The notes under the pieces: model-generated
Told to the model about the DNA's origin: nothing
Database searches by the model: none
Seen by the model: the letters and a program-made list of their open reading frames with translations, nothing else
Shown here: piece by piece, positions 47,447-58,210 of the stretch
How the letters are laid out: each line of letters starts with the position of its first letter
Numbering within the stretch: the stretch's first letter is position 1
DNA from: Pseudomonadota bacterium
GTDB taxonomy: Bacteria; Bdellovibrionota; Bdellovibrionia; Bdellovibrionales; SG-bin7
NCBI GenBank assembly: GCA_034439715.1
Contig: JAWXAY010000052.1
Location: 1 to 58,404 of the forward strand
Direction of reading: 5' to 3'
DNA: 58,404 nt
Program-made: the position numbers and the translations under genes

Positions 47447-48724
47447 TTATCTTGAAGGATTATTAGAGCGTTGAGACCAGTTTTTGTTACCTGAGGGTTG
47501 AGGCCTTCTATGACCGCCGCCGCCTCCACCATGGCGTCCTCTGCCTCCGCGACCACGGGGAACGGGAGGAGGCGCGATCTGTCCTGGAGGTGGAAGAAAG
47601 GGATGATGGTCTATTATGGGAACCTTTAAGCCAATTGTCTTTTCAATATCCCGAAGATTAATTCGCTCGCTAATATCACAAAAGGCAATAGCCACACCAG
47701 CTTTACCTGCTCTTGCAGTTCTGCCAATGCGATGCACGTAACTCTCTGGCACATCTGGCAAATCAAAATTAAAAACGTGACTGAGGCCCGGAATGTCTAT
47801 TCCCCGAGCGGCAATATCAGTGGCTACGAGTGCCTTTACCTGGCCTAATTTAAAGCCTTCGAGAGCCTTCATTCTTGCGGCCTGAGACTTATTGCCATGA
47901 ATAGCCGAGGATCGAATGCCTGAGGCCTCTAAAAACTGACAGACTTTATTAGCGCCATGTTTAGTGCGAGTAAAAATCAGCGCCTGTTTTATATTTTGGG
48001 TTTGCATTAAATGCTTTAAAAGTTTCGACTTATTTTTTTGGTCCACAAAGACAACTTTTTGATCCACTTTTTCCACTGTTGTCGCTTGAGGAGTGACCGA
48101 AACTTTTACGGGATTCGTTAACAATTTATGGGCGAGCGACGCAATATCAGAAGGCATAGTGGCCGAAAACATAAGTGTCTGGCGCTGGGGAGGAAGCCTC
48201 GCTACTATTTTTCGAACATCGTTGATGAAGCCCATATCGAGCATGCGATCAGCCTCATCCAGTACAAAAATCTCGAGCTCATCAAGATAGGCTACTTTTT
48301 GATTCATCAAATCTAAAAGTCGGCCAGGAGTTGCAATCAAAACGTCCTGACCTAGTGCCATGGCCTTTACTTGTGGCTTTTGACTAACTCCCCCATAAAT
48401 CACAGTGCTAAAAAACTCAGAATTTTTGCCGTAGGTTTCAAAACTCTGATGAATTTGCGCCGCCAATTCTCGAGTGGGGGTAAGTATTAAAGTGCGACAG
48501 CGAAAGTTTTTTACGCGTCGAGGGTTGCGGCCAATAAAATCTAAGATCGGAATCGCAAAGGCTGCGGTCTTACCCGTTCCCGTTTGGGCAATTCCGAGAA
48601 GGTCACGACCGGCAAGTAATTGTGGAATGGCCTGTGCCTGAATCGGAGTGGGTTTAGTGTATCCAGCATCTTTAATGGCGGTTAAAATAGGATCCAAAAC
48701 ATTTAATGTCGAAAAGTCTGTCAT
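47447..48724 (-). CDS. DEAD-box RNA helicase (RhlE-like)
   Basis: Q motif, AQTGTGKT, PTRELA, DEAD, SAT, ARGID, HRIGRTAR; RGG-rich tail. Confidence 0.95.
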   Translation of the reverse strand: MTDFSTLNVLDPILTAIKDAGYTKPTPIQAQAIPQLLAGRDLLGIAQTGTGKTAAFAIPILDFIGRNPRRVKNFRCRTLILTPTRELAAQIHQSFETYGKNSEFFSTVIYGGVSQKPQVKAMALGQDVLIATPGRLLDLMNQKVAYLDELEIFVLDEADRMLDMGFINDVRKIVARLPPQRQTLMFSATMPSDIASLAHKLLTNPVKVSVTPQATTVEKVDQKVVFVDQKNKSKLLKHLMQTQNIKQALIFTRTKHGANKVCQFLEASGIRSSAIHGNKSQAARMKALEGFKLGQVKALVATDIAARGIDIPGLSHVFNFDLPDVPESYVHRIGRTARAGKAGVAIAFCDISERINLRDIEKTIGLKVPIIDHHPFLPPPGQIAPPPVPRGRGGRGRHGGGGGGHRRPQPSGNKNWSQRSNNPSR

Positions 48725-48875
48725 AGTGCCGTTTCTGTTAAGAGTGGAGAAGTGTTAATATTATTTGAGCAGAGGACTCTCTCAGCTCGAATGCGAATCG
48801 TCAAGGTTTAAGACTTTAAATGAACTCAAGGTTAAATTAACCCAGTAATATTTTCTACATGTCTGATGGAGTCAA

Positions 48876-50900
48876 TCAGCCATTGGGCTCGCCTGGTGCT
48901 TTTCTCTCGGCGAGGGGAAACCGGGGACTCATACTTGATTCCGAAAAAGGTTTCGGCAGATATCTGAGAATTTCGCGACGTGCGTTTTCGGGGTCGGATA
49001 CGCCAAAAAACCAAGATCTGCCATTTTTTAAATTAACTAACAGGCCTCGATTCCAGAGTGGACGCAAAAAATAAAAACGCGGAAAGACTTTTAGCCATGG
49101 AATATTGAAACTATACTTCGTTTCGATAGATTCAATTTCGCTTAAAGAAACATGCCGCGAGAAATAAGTAATGCTCTTGATGACTAATTCAGAATCGATT
49201 ATAAAAAGGCGCTTAGGGTAAGAGGCATAAAATCCCAAAATCATTGAAGTCAGTATGAAGGTAGAAACCGCATCGGGTAAATATTCTCCATACGCAAGGG
49301 AGTCACTTAAAAATGACAATTTGTAAAATGGCAAATCAACTACAAAAAACTCGACATAGGTAAACAAATAAAAGGCCACGACAAACAAGAAAATCTCAAC
49401 CACTTTAAAGGGGGGGTAGCTGACTTTACGCATCCACTTTAAATGGGAGTGGTCAAAAGGTTGAGTTAAGAATTTTTTAATGAGCATTAGGCTGAGTAAG
49501 AACACGCCAAAGAGCAGGACCAATTGTTCATAACGAAAAAGATAAGGGGGTCGATGGTTAAAGGAGTAGCGTTTTTGTGGGTCAAATAGTAATTGGAGGC
49601 GGGCATTAAAGCCCTCAGGCGTGATAAGACCTAAAATTTCGTGAGGTGAGCGGGTGTCTTTATAAAAGCGGTGATAATAAAAATAGAGTTCGGCAATTCC
49701 TAGCATTGTTTCGCTGTTGGCATCGTTAAGGTCATATTTTTGAAGATAGAGATTTTTGGCTTCCTCAAACTCTTCGGCACTCAATCCTGATTTTAGAGTT
49801 TGCTCATTAATAAGGTTTTTAACAAGCGAAAAATTTTCAGAAAAATTCGCCGGCTGTGTTTCAAAATTCAGAATTGCGTATCCAAAACGCTCGTTAAACT
49901 CTGAGGATGGTACTACTGAATAAGTTTGACCCTTTTTGTTTCTCAACTCTTTCATTAATTTGTGAGAGACGAAATTCATATACATTTCCAGAATTTCTTC
50001 GTCTTCGCGGGTGAGGTCCCAGGCCTTTGTGCCATAAGAGATCGAGGGTGTTTCGTTAGCGACTTTGGTTCTAACATACGGATGTTTTGTGGGGTTAATT
50101 TTTTCGATGGGTGGCAAAGTCTTACCTTTATAAACTGGGATTTGACCCCAGCTTTCTGTGATTTTTTTGATCACTTGAGACTTGTCAAAATCACCGGCTA
50201 TAAAAATTCGCATATTTGAAGGGTGGTAATAGTCTTTGTAATGCCGGAAGATTTGCTCCGCCGTCAAGGTAAGTGTAGAAAGCCGCTCTTCATCTTGTGA
50301 GAAGCCATGATCCTCAAGTTTAGCTCCAAATTCGCTTTCCCAAAAATCTGGTAGGCTGAGATTTTTTGGCTTGAGTTTGGCAAAAAGATCAAACCCTAAC
50401 AGGCTAGCAATAACTCCGGGCTTTCCTATCTCTAATAGTACTGACTGTTTTTCTTTATCGATATGGTCTTGAACAAACGTTCTGTTGGTGATCATTTTAA
50501 AATATTGATCGAGCAACCAATTTGATTTGTTACTTTTAATTACCGCCTTATAGATTGTTTTTCGGGCTTGAGTAAAGCCGTTGGCACTACCACCATTTTC
50601 TTCGATGAGTTGCAGGTAGGTCGTATCGTCTTTAAGTCTAATGTCACGAAAAACACTATGCTCCAAGAGATGTGAGACCCCCCAGTTTTCTTTAGTTTCG
50701 ACATCCCAGCCAACGTCAACCTCGAGAGCAAGGCCTACAATTCGGGATTCGTCGCTGGGAGCAAGAATTAATTTGAAGCCATTCGGAAACTCAACCATCT
50801 GCACATTCTCAAAAAGGCTGTCCTCAGCAAAGGCGAAGGCGGAAGGAAATAAACTGAGAAACACACTAAGAGTGACAAGCGAAATAAGTTTGGTTACCAT
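48876..50900 (-). CDS. M16 (insulinase-family) zinc peptidase with C-terminal membrane domain
   Basis: Signal peptide, GVSHLLEH (HxxEH), NGFT, ELRNKKGQTY; about three TM segments near the C-terminus. Confidence 0.85.
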   Translation of the reverse strand: MVTKLISLVTLSVFLSLFPSAFAFAEDSLFENVQMVEFPNGFKLILAPSDESRIVGLALEVDVGWDVETKENWGVSHLLEHSVFRDIRLKDDTTYLQLIEENGGSANGFTQARKTIYKAVIKSNKSNWLLDQYFKMITNRTFVQDHIDKEKQSVLLEIGKPGVIASLLGFDLFAKLKPKNLSLPDFWESEFGAKLEDHGFSQDEERLSTLTLTAEQIFRHYKDYYHPSNMRIFIAGDFDKSQVIKKITESWGQIPVYKGKTLPPIEKINPTKHPYVRTKVANETPSISYGTKAWDLTREDEEILEMYMNFVSHKLMKELRNKKGQTYSVVPSSEFNERFGYAILNFETQPANFSENFSLVKNLINEQTLKSGLSAEEFEEAKNLYLQKYDLNDANSETMLGIAELYFYYHRFYKDTRSPHEILGLITPEGFNARLQLLFDPQKRYSFNHRPPYLFRYEQLVLLFGVFLLSLMLIKKFLTQPFDHSHLKWMRKVSYPPFKVVEIFLFVVAFYLFTYVEFFVVDLPFYKLSFLSDSLAYGEYLPDAVSTFILTSMILGFYASYPKRLFIIDSELVIKSITYFSRHVSLSEIESIETKYSFNIPWLKVFPRFYFLRPLWNRGLLVNLKNGRSWFFGVSDPENARREILRYLPKPFSESSMSPRFPLAERKAPGEPNG

Positions 50901-51013
50901 GATATTTACTCATCGGAAGTCTAGGAACTAAACTTTCGGCCAGCGCGGAGATTCTTTTTTTGGGACATAGCGCGGCTGGCCAATGTATCATAAGGTTTTT
51001 AAATGGGTGTGAA

Positions 51014-52909
51014 ATGGTAACGAGCCTAATTCGCAAAACAGTCGGTTTGGAAAAATTTCCGAATTTTTGGCCACTGTTTTGGACGCAGTTTTTCGGCGCT
51101 CTCAACGACAATTTTTTAAAACAAGCTTTGATTATTATGGTGACTTACCAGTCCATCAAGGTTTGGGGAATGAGCGGTCAGACGCTCAATGCCTTTGGTG
51201 CCGGAATTTTTATTTTGCCCTTTTTTCTTTTTTCGGGACTAGCAGGTCAAATAACAGACCGCTTTGATAAATCGAAAGTCATAGTAGCGACTAAAATTTT
51301 AGAAATAGTTTTGATGGTTATGGCGGCAGTAGGTTTTTATTATCATCTGTTCGAATTTCTGTTTGTAGTCCTATTTTTTATGGCGGTACATTCTACCTTC
51401 TTTGGCCCTGCAAAATATTCCATCATTCCTGAAATTGTCAGCGAGGCCAAACTCACCGGCGCCAATGCTTATGTTGAAATGGGCACCTTTGTCGCTATAC
51501 TTTTAGGTAATCTGTGGGGGGGGTACGCCATTACCCGAGGCGGGGGCGCCGAAAAACTTGTGGGCCTCTCGCTGATAGTTATCGCTATTATTGGCTATCT
51601 TACAAGTCGTCATCAAAAGCCCGTGGCTCCCACTAATCCGGAATTGAAAATTGATATCAACCCCATTCCTTCGACAGTAGCCACAATTAAACTAGCCTAT
51701 AAAGACGCAGCTCTTTTTAATTCTATTCTCGGAATTTCCTGGTTTTGGTTTTTGGGTGCTGCAATTTTAACAATTCTGCCGACCTATTGTCGCGATCTCA
51801 TGCGCGGTGATGCGACAGTAGTAAACTTGTTTTTAGCCACTTTTACAATCGGGATCGCCGTCGGTTCTCTGTTGGCTGAAAAGCTTTCGTTTGATCGAGT
51901 CGAAATTGGACTTGTTCCCATTGGCGCCATGGGTTTGACGGTTACTCTATTTATGCTTTATTGGTTGAGGCCGGAATGGGTCGTGAGCAGCGACTCTAGT
52001 CATTATATCACATGGACGCAGTTTTTAGCTCTGGCTAGTGGACGTAAGATTTTCGCCTCTCTCTTTTTATTGGCGGTATTTGCCGGGCTTTATACTGTGC
52101 CACTTTACACCTTAGTGCAAAGTCGCAGTGATAAAAAAATGCGCTCCCAAATTGTAGCGAGTAATAATATTATTAATGCTTTTTTTATGGTGGTATCGTC
52201 ACTGTTTTTAATGGCCCTCGATCAAGCTCAAGTCAGCAGCTATTACACCTTTCTAATCTATGGTATTATGAACCTGGCTGTGTCGGCCTACATTTATTTA
52301 TTGGTTCCCGATTTCGCTTTACGCTTTATTACTTGGGGGATTGTCAATATCATGTATCGGTTGAAAGTGACGGGCGAAGAAAATATTCCTAGAACAGGCG
52401 CCGTCATTTTAGCTTCCAATCATGTCAGTTTTGTCGATGGTCTTATTATTGCTGGAGCCGTTAAGCGTCCCGTACGTTTTGTGATGGATTATTTGTTTAT
52501 GACGTTGCCTTTCATGGGTTGGTTTTTTCGTCATGCTAAAATTATTCCCATTGCTCCAACTAAGGATAGCGCGGTAATGTTGGGCAATGCCTTTGATAAT
52601 ATTTCGCAAGTCATCGCCAAGGGCGATGTTTTGGGAATTTTTCCTGAAGGAAAAATAAGTCGTGACGGAAACCTAAGTCGATTTAGACGCGGAATAGAAC
52701 GCGCGATCAGGCGAAATCCCACGGTTGTGGTACCTGTGGCCATAGTGGGTTTATGGGGCAGTTTTTTTAGTTTTAAAGACGGCCCTGCTATGAAAAAGCG
52801 ACCTCGCAGGTTTTGGTCAAGAGTGGAACTAAGAATTGGAAAGCCCATTCCTGCCAGCGAGGTTACCGCTGCCTTAGTTGAGTCCCGCGTACGCGAGCTT
52901 TTGGGCTAA
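51014..52909 (+). CDS. MFS (LplT-like) transporter fused to PlsC-type acyltransferase
   Basis: TQFFGALNDN, FGPAKY, NHVSFVD, FPEG; ATG 51014 (ORF track start 50960). Confidence 0.9.
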   Translation: MVTSLIRKTVGLEKFPNFWPLFWTQFFGALNDNFLKQALIIMVTYQSIKVWGMSGQTLNAFGAGIFILPFFLFSGLAGQITDRFDKSKVIVATKILEIVLMVMAAVGFYYHLFEFLFVVLFFMAVHSTFFGPAKYSIIPEIVSEAKLTGANAYVEMGTFVAILLGNLWGGYAITRGGGAEKLVGLSLIVIAIIGYLTSRHQKPVAPTNPELKIDINPIPSTVATIKLAYKDAALFNSILGISWFWFLGAAILTILPTYCRDLMRGDATVVNLFLATFTIGIAVGSLLAEKLSFDRVEIGLVPIGAMGLTVTLFMLYWLRPEWVVSSDSSHYITWTQFLALASGRKIFASLFLLAVFAGLYTVPLYTLVQSRSDKKMRSQIVASNNIINAFFMVVSSLFLMALDQAQVSSYYTFLIYGIMNLAVSAYIYLLVPDFALRFITWGIVNIMYRLKVTGEENIPRTGAVILASNHVSFVDGLIIAGAVKRPVRFVMDYLFMTLPFMGWFFRHAKIIPIAPTKDSAVMLGNAFDNISQVIAKGDVLGIFPEGKISRDGNLSRFRRGIERAIRRNPTVVVPVAIVGLWGSFFSFKDGPAMKKRPRRFWSRVELRIGKPIPASEVTAALVESRVRELLG

Positions 52910-54212
52910 TTTTTTTGCTGAAGTTGGTAATGTTTTTGAAAAGCGCGGCTTAGTAGAAAGGCCGAAAACGTCGCGACCAGTGCAAAAACACCTAAGACTT
53001 GAAACACGGGTTGCCATCCGCCTGTAGAGTCTGCAATTTACCTGCGCCCCAACCCGCTAGCGCTCCTCCGATATAGCCGACACCATCGACCAGGCCAGTG
53101 CATGTTCCAGCAACTTTTGGGCCTGCGATATCTAGCGATAATGCACCCCCTGACATGGAATAGGGGCCCAGTAGAAAAAAACCGCAAAGGCCGATTAAAA
53201 CCACGATGCTTATCAGGTTTTCTGGCTGAGATTTCATGAGATGGGCAATTATAAAAAGGCTCGCAGCCAGTCCGAGTAACATAATCCACATTGGTCTGGC
53301 ACGGTCGCCATTTTTGACGTATTTGTCGGTGTACCAGCCAAGCAGAATAGTCCCTACGCAACCTAATGTCGGAAAGACCGCCGAACTAAAAATAGCTGTC
53401 GTCGCGCCCATGCCAATATCAACGAGCAATTTGGGAGTCCAAGTAAAAAAGAAAATTCTTAAAACATGGGAGAAAAAACTAAAGATAAGAAGTTTATGAA
53501 AGAGGGGCATTTTTAATAGCTGGAGTATGTTTTCTTTTACGCTGCCCGATTTTTTTATGTGGGTTTTTTGATCTTCACTCGAGCCAAATGTGGTTCCGGG
53601 AACAACGTCTTGAGGAGTTTCACGCGAGGCGAGTGACGACCAAATGAGAATGAAAAACAAGACACCGGCGGGATACAAAAATAAACCTTTCCAGTCGGAT
53701 CCCATTTGCAATAGAAATCCTGAGAACAGCGCCGCTAGGACTCCCCCAAACTGAAAGTTTATACTGATGAGTCCCATTACGGTTCCGTATCTTTTGGACT
53801 CATACCAACTGCCAATCACCTTGACGAGTCCTCCCCAACCCATCGATAAAAAGAATCTGGCAAAACACCAGATCACTATAAAGTGGGTGAGGGTTGTGCC
53901 ATATGTAAAAAGCACGTTAAAAAAGATAGCGCCAATCATGCCTAACAAAAAAAACTTTTTTCCACCTAGTTTATCGGCGAGTGGGCCGTTGACGAATTTG
54001 CCAGCGGAGTAGCTGAGTTCCGAATAGGTAATTATTAGCCCGAGCTCCGCATTGGTAAGACCAAATGTTTCGCTTAAGAGGGGAAAGGCATTAGGCAGGT
54101 TAACTCGGCAAAGGTAGTAGCCGATATAACCAAAAAGCATGACTAAAAAAGTTGACGTCTGCCAACGCGTTAGACGGAGTATGTTTTCAGGGGATTCGCG
54201 TTTGAAAGTCAT
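52906..54212 (-). CDS. MFS organophosphate antiporter (GlpT/UhpT-like), frameshifted near the 3' end
   Basis: YYLCRVNL, KFVNGPLAD, GTVMG; ORF track stops at 52992, but the last TM helix (IADSTGGWQPVF...) continues in the -1 frame to 52906. Confidence 0.8.
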
Positions 54213-54421
54213 TGGAGAGTGAAGACAGAGCTCTTGGTTTTAATCGAGCAAGCGGGACAAAAGGCTTCTTCTTTAATGGCCAGGTTCCCATAGTCAACGG
54301 TATGAGTAAATTCGAGCGTCGTACCGCACAGACAGCAGTGCGTGAAGTTCTCAACGACCTCAATCAGTTGCTGGCTTTCTGCCTTGATTTTTTTAGCTAC
54401 GTTGTTCTTTTGTGCTGGCAT
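54209..54421 (-). CDS. Small zinc-ribbon protein
   Basis: CCLCG...CPAC; stop overlaps the MFS start codon. Confidence 0.7.
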   Translation of the reverse strand: MPAQKNNVAKKIKAESQQLIEVVENFTHCCLCGTTLEFTHTVDYGNLAIKEEAFCPACSIKTKSSVFTLQ

Positions 54422-54531
54422 AATTTTTTATCGGAATATGGGCGACAATTATTAGGCATTTCTTCAGTAGGCAATGCGTTAAGTTTCAAATATAATGACC
54501 CTAGACCAGGACTTTCATAAAGTCGGCCGCC

Positions 54532-54960
54532 ATGAATAGTGCCATCAATTATCTTTCTTCAGTTTTGGGAATTAGCGGAGTAATCGGCACGTATGCTAGA
54601 GGTAACACGGCATTAAATAAGACGCCCTTGTTTGTTTCAGTCTTGCGCTCACTGCGGCCGAGTTTACTCGCTCTCAACGAAGCCTCAATTCTATTTGATA
54701 AAATGCTTGCTGCCATAGGATTTAAGCGAGACAAAATTGAGTTTCTTGAAGTAAATGAAGTTACGATCACAGATTTAAAAGTTTGGACTGAGAAACATTC
54801 CCTAGTCGTTATTTTAGATAAACCCGAGCAAAGTTTATTATCAATCCAGCCCCATATTATTTGGTCCTATCACCCCCAAGAACTTTTAATAAACGGTTCC
54901 TTAAAAAAATTAGCATGGGAACACTTAAAAAGACTTTCTTTGGGAGGACTAAATGGCTAA
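54532..54960 (+). CDS. Hypothetical protein, truncated uracil-DNA-glycosylase-family-4-like
   Basis: LFDKMLAAIG and YHP..LL....KK.AW..L resemble UDG4 segments; catalytic and Fe-S motifs absent. Confidence 0.5.
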   Translation: MNSAINYLSSVLGISGVIGTYARGNTALNKTPLFVSVLRSLRPSLLALNEASILFDKMLAAIGFKRDKIEFLEVNEVTITDLKVWTEKHSLVVILDKPEQSLLSIQPHIIWSYHPQELLINGSLKKLAWEHLKRLSLGGLNG

Positions 54961-56236
54961 TAAACTCTTGATAACGGTCTTTTTGTTAGCTTTAAGTTTG
55001 GGCTCGTCAAAGTCTTGGTCGATTTGCACTGGCGAAATGACTATCAATGGCGCCATTGGCCCAGCGACTGTCGACTATTTGGAATCAACTCTTGAAAAAA
55101 CAATAGATAGCAAATGTGCGTCGCTGCTAATACTAATAAATACCCCCGGCGGGAATCTGCAAAGTACTCGGATGATCGTCGAGTCAATTCTCAGTTCTAA
55201 AATCCCCGTACTCTGTTTGGTTTATCCCAGCGGCGGTCATGCGGGAAGTGCTGGTGCCATTATTTTACAAGCGTGCCATGTTTCGGGAGGAATAAACCCG
55301 ACTAATATTGGCGCTGCCACTCCGATTCTAATGGGCGGCGAGGAAATGGGTAAAGATTTGAGGAATAAACTTGTCAATGACACCGTCAGTTGGGTTGAAG
55401 GCCTAGCGAAGTTGAGAGGGCGAAATCTTGGTTTTGCGAAAGATATTGTTGAAAAGGCTCAGTCATTGGGGGCCACTCAAGCCGCCGGAATTGGTGGAAT
55501 AGATTTTGTAGTCAATGTTAAAGAGGAGTTTCTCGAGAAATCTACAGGCAAAGAAGTTTTAATTAGAGAAAATTTAAAAGCTAAAGTTGAGGTGGGAAGT
55601 CTTGTCGAAATTAAACCGGGTTTGCGACATATCATTTTGGATTTTGTGGCCGACCCTCAGTTTGCCTATTTCATATTTATGGGTAGTGTAGCCCTCCTGT
55701 ATTTTGAAATTACCCATCCAGGAATTTTTGCCCCAGGAGTGATTGGCTCGATCGGATTGATTCTGTCGCTAATTTCTTTTCACAAATTGAATGTCTGGTG
55801 GGGTGGATTAGGACTTCTTTTTTTAGGTATTGTGATGTTGATTCTCGAGGCCTTTGTACCCAGCTTTGGAGTGTTGGGAGTGGGTGGAATCGTGGCATTT
55901 ACGGTTGGCAGTCTTTTTTTATTTGACCCCGTAAAATCGGGATATGTATTGCCGCTTTCTTCAATTCTACCGACGACCTTTCTGCTCTCGGGAGTCCTGC
56001 TGGGTCTAGGTTATTTAGTTTTACAGACGAGAAAAGTTAAAAAGCATGGTGGATTTGATGATGTGATTGGAGCAGAAGCTGTAGTTGTTTCAATCGATGA
56101 AGTGAACCCTTTGCAGGGATACCTTGAAATAGCTGGCGAAAACTGGAAGTTTCAGAGCGAAAGCGGTCTTCAGGTACATCAGAGAGTGAAAGTGTTGAGT
56201 CATAAAGAATTAGTTTTAAAAGTTATAGGTCTATAA
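54953..56236 (+). CDS. nfeD: NfeD membrane-bound serine protease (long form)
   Basis: NTPGG, AGSAG, NIGAATP, TM bundle, C-terminal OB fold (GENW). Confidence 0.92.
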   Translation: MANKLLITVFLLALSLGSSKSWSICTGEMTINGAIGPATVDYLESTLEKTIDSKCASLLILINTPGGNLQSTRMIVESILSSKIPVLCLVYPSGGHAGSAGAIILQACHVSGGINPTNIGAATPILMGGEEMGKDLRNKLVNDTVSWVEGLAKLRGRNLGFAKDIVEKAQSLGATQAAGIGGIDFVVNVKEEFLEKSTGKEVLIRENLKAKVEVGSLVEIKPGLRHIILDFVADPQFAYFIFMGSVALLYFEITHPGIFAPGVIGSIGLILSLISFHKLNVWWGGLGLLFLGIVMLILEAFVPSFGVLGVGGIVAFTVGSLFLFDPVKSGYVLPLSSILPTTFLLSGVLLGLGYLVLQTRKVKKHGGFDDVIGAEAVVVSIDEVNPLQGYLEIAGENWKFQSESGLQVHQRVKVLSHKELVLKVIGL

Positions 56237-56253
56237 ATTAATGAGGTGTTATT

Positions 56254-57003
56254 ATGGAATTTTTAATTCCAATAGTGGTGGGACTGGTGATTCTGGCAAG
56301 TGTATTTCGAGTTTTGCCAGAGTGGGAGCGGGGCGTGATTTTGAGACTCGGCCGCAGCATGGGCATTCGAGGGCCGGGCCTTATCATTTTAGTTCCCGTG
56401 CTTGAAAGTTTAATTCGCATTGATACACGGACAATCACAATGGATGTGCCGCCGCAAGATGTGATCACTTTGGATAACATAAGCCTAAAGGTGAATGCCG
56501 TGGTCTATTTTAGAGTGACCGACCCAGAGTCTGCGATCACAAAAGTTGAAGACTATTATTTTGCCACGAGCCAGTTGGCGCAAACCACTTTGAGGACTGT
56601 TATTGGTCAGTTTCAGATGGATGAGCTTTTGGCAAATCGCGAGAAAATAAATATCAGGCTACAAGAGATACTGGATAGGCAAACTGGGCCATGGGGTGTC
56701 AAAGTAGGATTGGTGGAAGTTAAACACATCGACCTGCCCAAAGAAATGCAACGTGCTATGGCCAGGCAAGCCGAAGCTGAACGAGAGAGACGCGCTAAAA
56801 TCATTAGTGCTGAAGGGGAGTTACAACGGGCGGCTAAATTGGCCGAGGCCTCTAACGTGCTCGCAGCTTCGCCATCAGCATTGCAATTGGCCTATTTACA
56901 AACGCTTACTGAGATCGCTGGCGACAAAACAACCACCATTCTTTTTCCGTTACCGATGGATATGATAAAACCGTTCTTGAATTATTCCCAAAAAGACAGC
57001 TAA
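56254..57003 (+). CDS. SPFH/stomatin-like (slipin) protein
   Basis: [36 protein letters not shown]. Confidence 0.95.
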   Translation: MEFLIPIVVGLVILASVFRVLPEWERGVILRLGRSMGIRGPGLIILVPVLESLIRIDTRTITMDVPPQDVITLDNISLKVNAVVYFRVTDPESAITKVEDYYFATSQLAQTTLRTVIGQFQMDELLANREKINIRLQEILDRQTGPWGVKVGLVEVKHIDLPKEMQRAMARQAEAERERRAKIISAEGELQRAAKLAEASNVLAASPSALQLAYLQTLTEIAGDKTTTILFPLPMDMIKPFLNYSQKDS

Positions 57004-57033
57004 ACTTGGATTAAGTAAGCATGGAGGCTTTTA

Positions 57034-58203
57034 GTGCAACAAGGTTTAGCAACAGTGATTGCGGTACTTCTACTATCTATTATCTCCTTAGCTGATCAAA
57101 ATATACGCGTGAGACTTTTTCATAAAGATAAAGTCACAGTCGAAGGACAAATACAAATTGTCGGGAGTGACCTTCAGCGCGGACAAAAGGTTAACTTCTT
57201 TTTAAAAAATGGCGAACCGACTTGGCGGCTTGAAAGTTGGTTTGAAAAAAAACCAATCGAAAGCAATAAATTTCCGGTAACAGTGCAAGGTACGACGCTG
57301 GAGTCCAGCTTTAAACGATTGCCTCCTTTTCTGAAAATTTGGCCCACATTTGTCGACGGTAAATTTAAGCGTTTTGACGTTGTAGGTACTTTTGAACTTG
57401 AGGAATATTTAGCCGGTGTATTGGGGGCCGAAATGCCGCTCTCGTGGCCGATTGAGGCGCTCAAGGCCCAGGTCATTGCATCGCGCACCTATGCACTCAA
57501 ACAAATGGAGAAACGAAAACTCGATAATTTTGATGTCGACTCCACCGTTAAGGACCAAGTCTACCAGTATGATTCCTATATTCCTCCGGAAAAGCGCAAG
57601 AATTTGACTGAAGCATTGGCGCAGACCAAGGGAATTATTTTGAGCAATGCCAAAGGCGAATTAGTCGAGACGTTTTATCATTCGGACTGCGGCGGAAAAA
57701 CAGACGATTCCTATCAGGTTTGGAAGTTTGGCAAGGTGGGTGGCGGTGCCGTCGACCAAAGTTGTGCTGTAAGACTAAAGAGTGCTTGGGAACATTCTGT
57801 GTCTCTCAAAGATTTTTTAAAAAAATTAAAAACGGAATTAGGTGAGATGTCTGGAAATCTTTTAACTATTGTCACGAGTGGGTCGTCGCCTGGTGGGCGA
57901 ATTGCCATTGTGCGATTGTTATTTGATAATAATAATAATTATTTGATTTCAAGCACACGACTCAGAGAGTTGATGGGTTTTTCTGACGTGAAAAGTACTC
58001 GCTTTGAGATTTTAGTTTCTGAAGATAAAGTAACATTTAAAGGGCGCGGATTTGGTCATGGTGTGGGAATGTGTCAGTGGGGAAGCAAGTATCTAGCTGA
58101 AGCCGGAAAGTCCTATAAACAAATTCTCATTCATTATTTTCAAGGTACACAGGTTTCGGCTATGAACGGCCCCGCCGAGGCCGTTTCTACAGCTGGACTC
58201 TAG
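57034..58203 (+). CDS. SpoIID/LytB domain lytic transglycosylase
   Basis: LEEYLAGV..AEMP.SW..EALKAQ..ASRTYA, DQVY, YHSDCGG, GFGHGVGMCQWG. Confidence 0.92.
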   Translation: MQQGLATVIAVLLLSIISLADQNIRVRLFHKDKVTVEGQIQIVGSDLQRGQKVNFFLKNGEPTWRLESWFEKKPIESNKFPVTVQGTTLESSFKRLPPFLKIWPTFVDGKFKRFDVVGTFELEEYLAGVLGAEMPLSWPIEALKAQVIASRTYALKQMEKRKLDNFDVDSTVKDQVYQYDSYIPPEKRKNLTEALAQTKGIILSNAKGELVETFYHSDCGGKTDDSYQVWKFGKVGGGAVDQSCAVRLKSAWEHSVSLKDFLKKLKTELGEMSGNLLTIVTSGSSPGGRIAIVRLLFDNNNNYLISSTRLRELMGFSDVKSTRFEILVSEDKVTFKGRGFGHGVGMCQWGSKYLAEAGKSYKQILIHYFQGTQVSAMNGPAEAVSTAGL

Positions 58204-58210
58204 AAGCATA

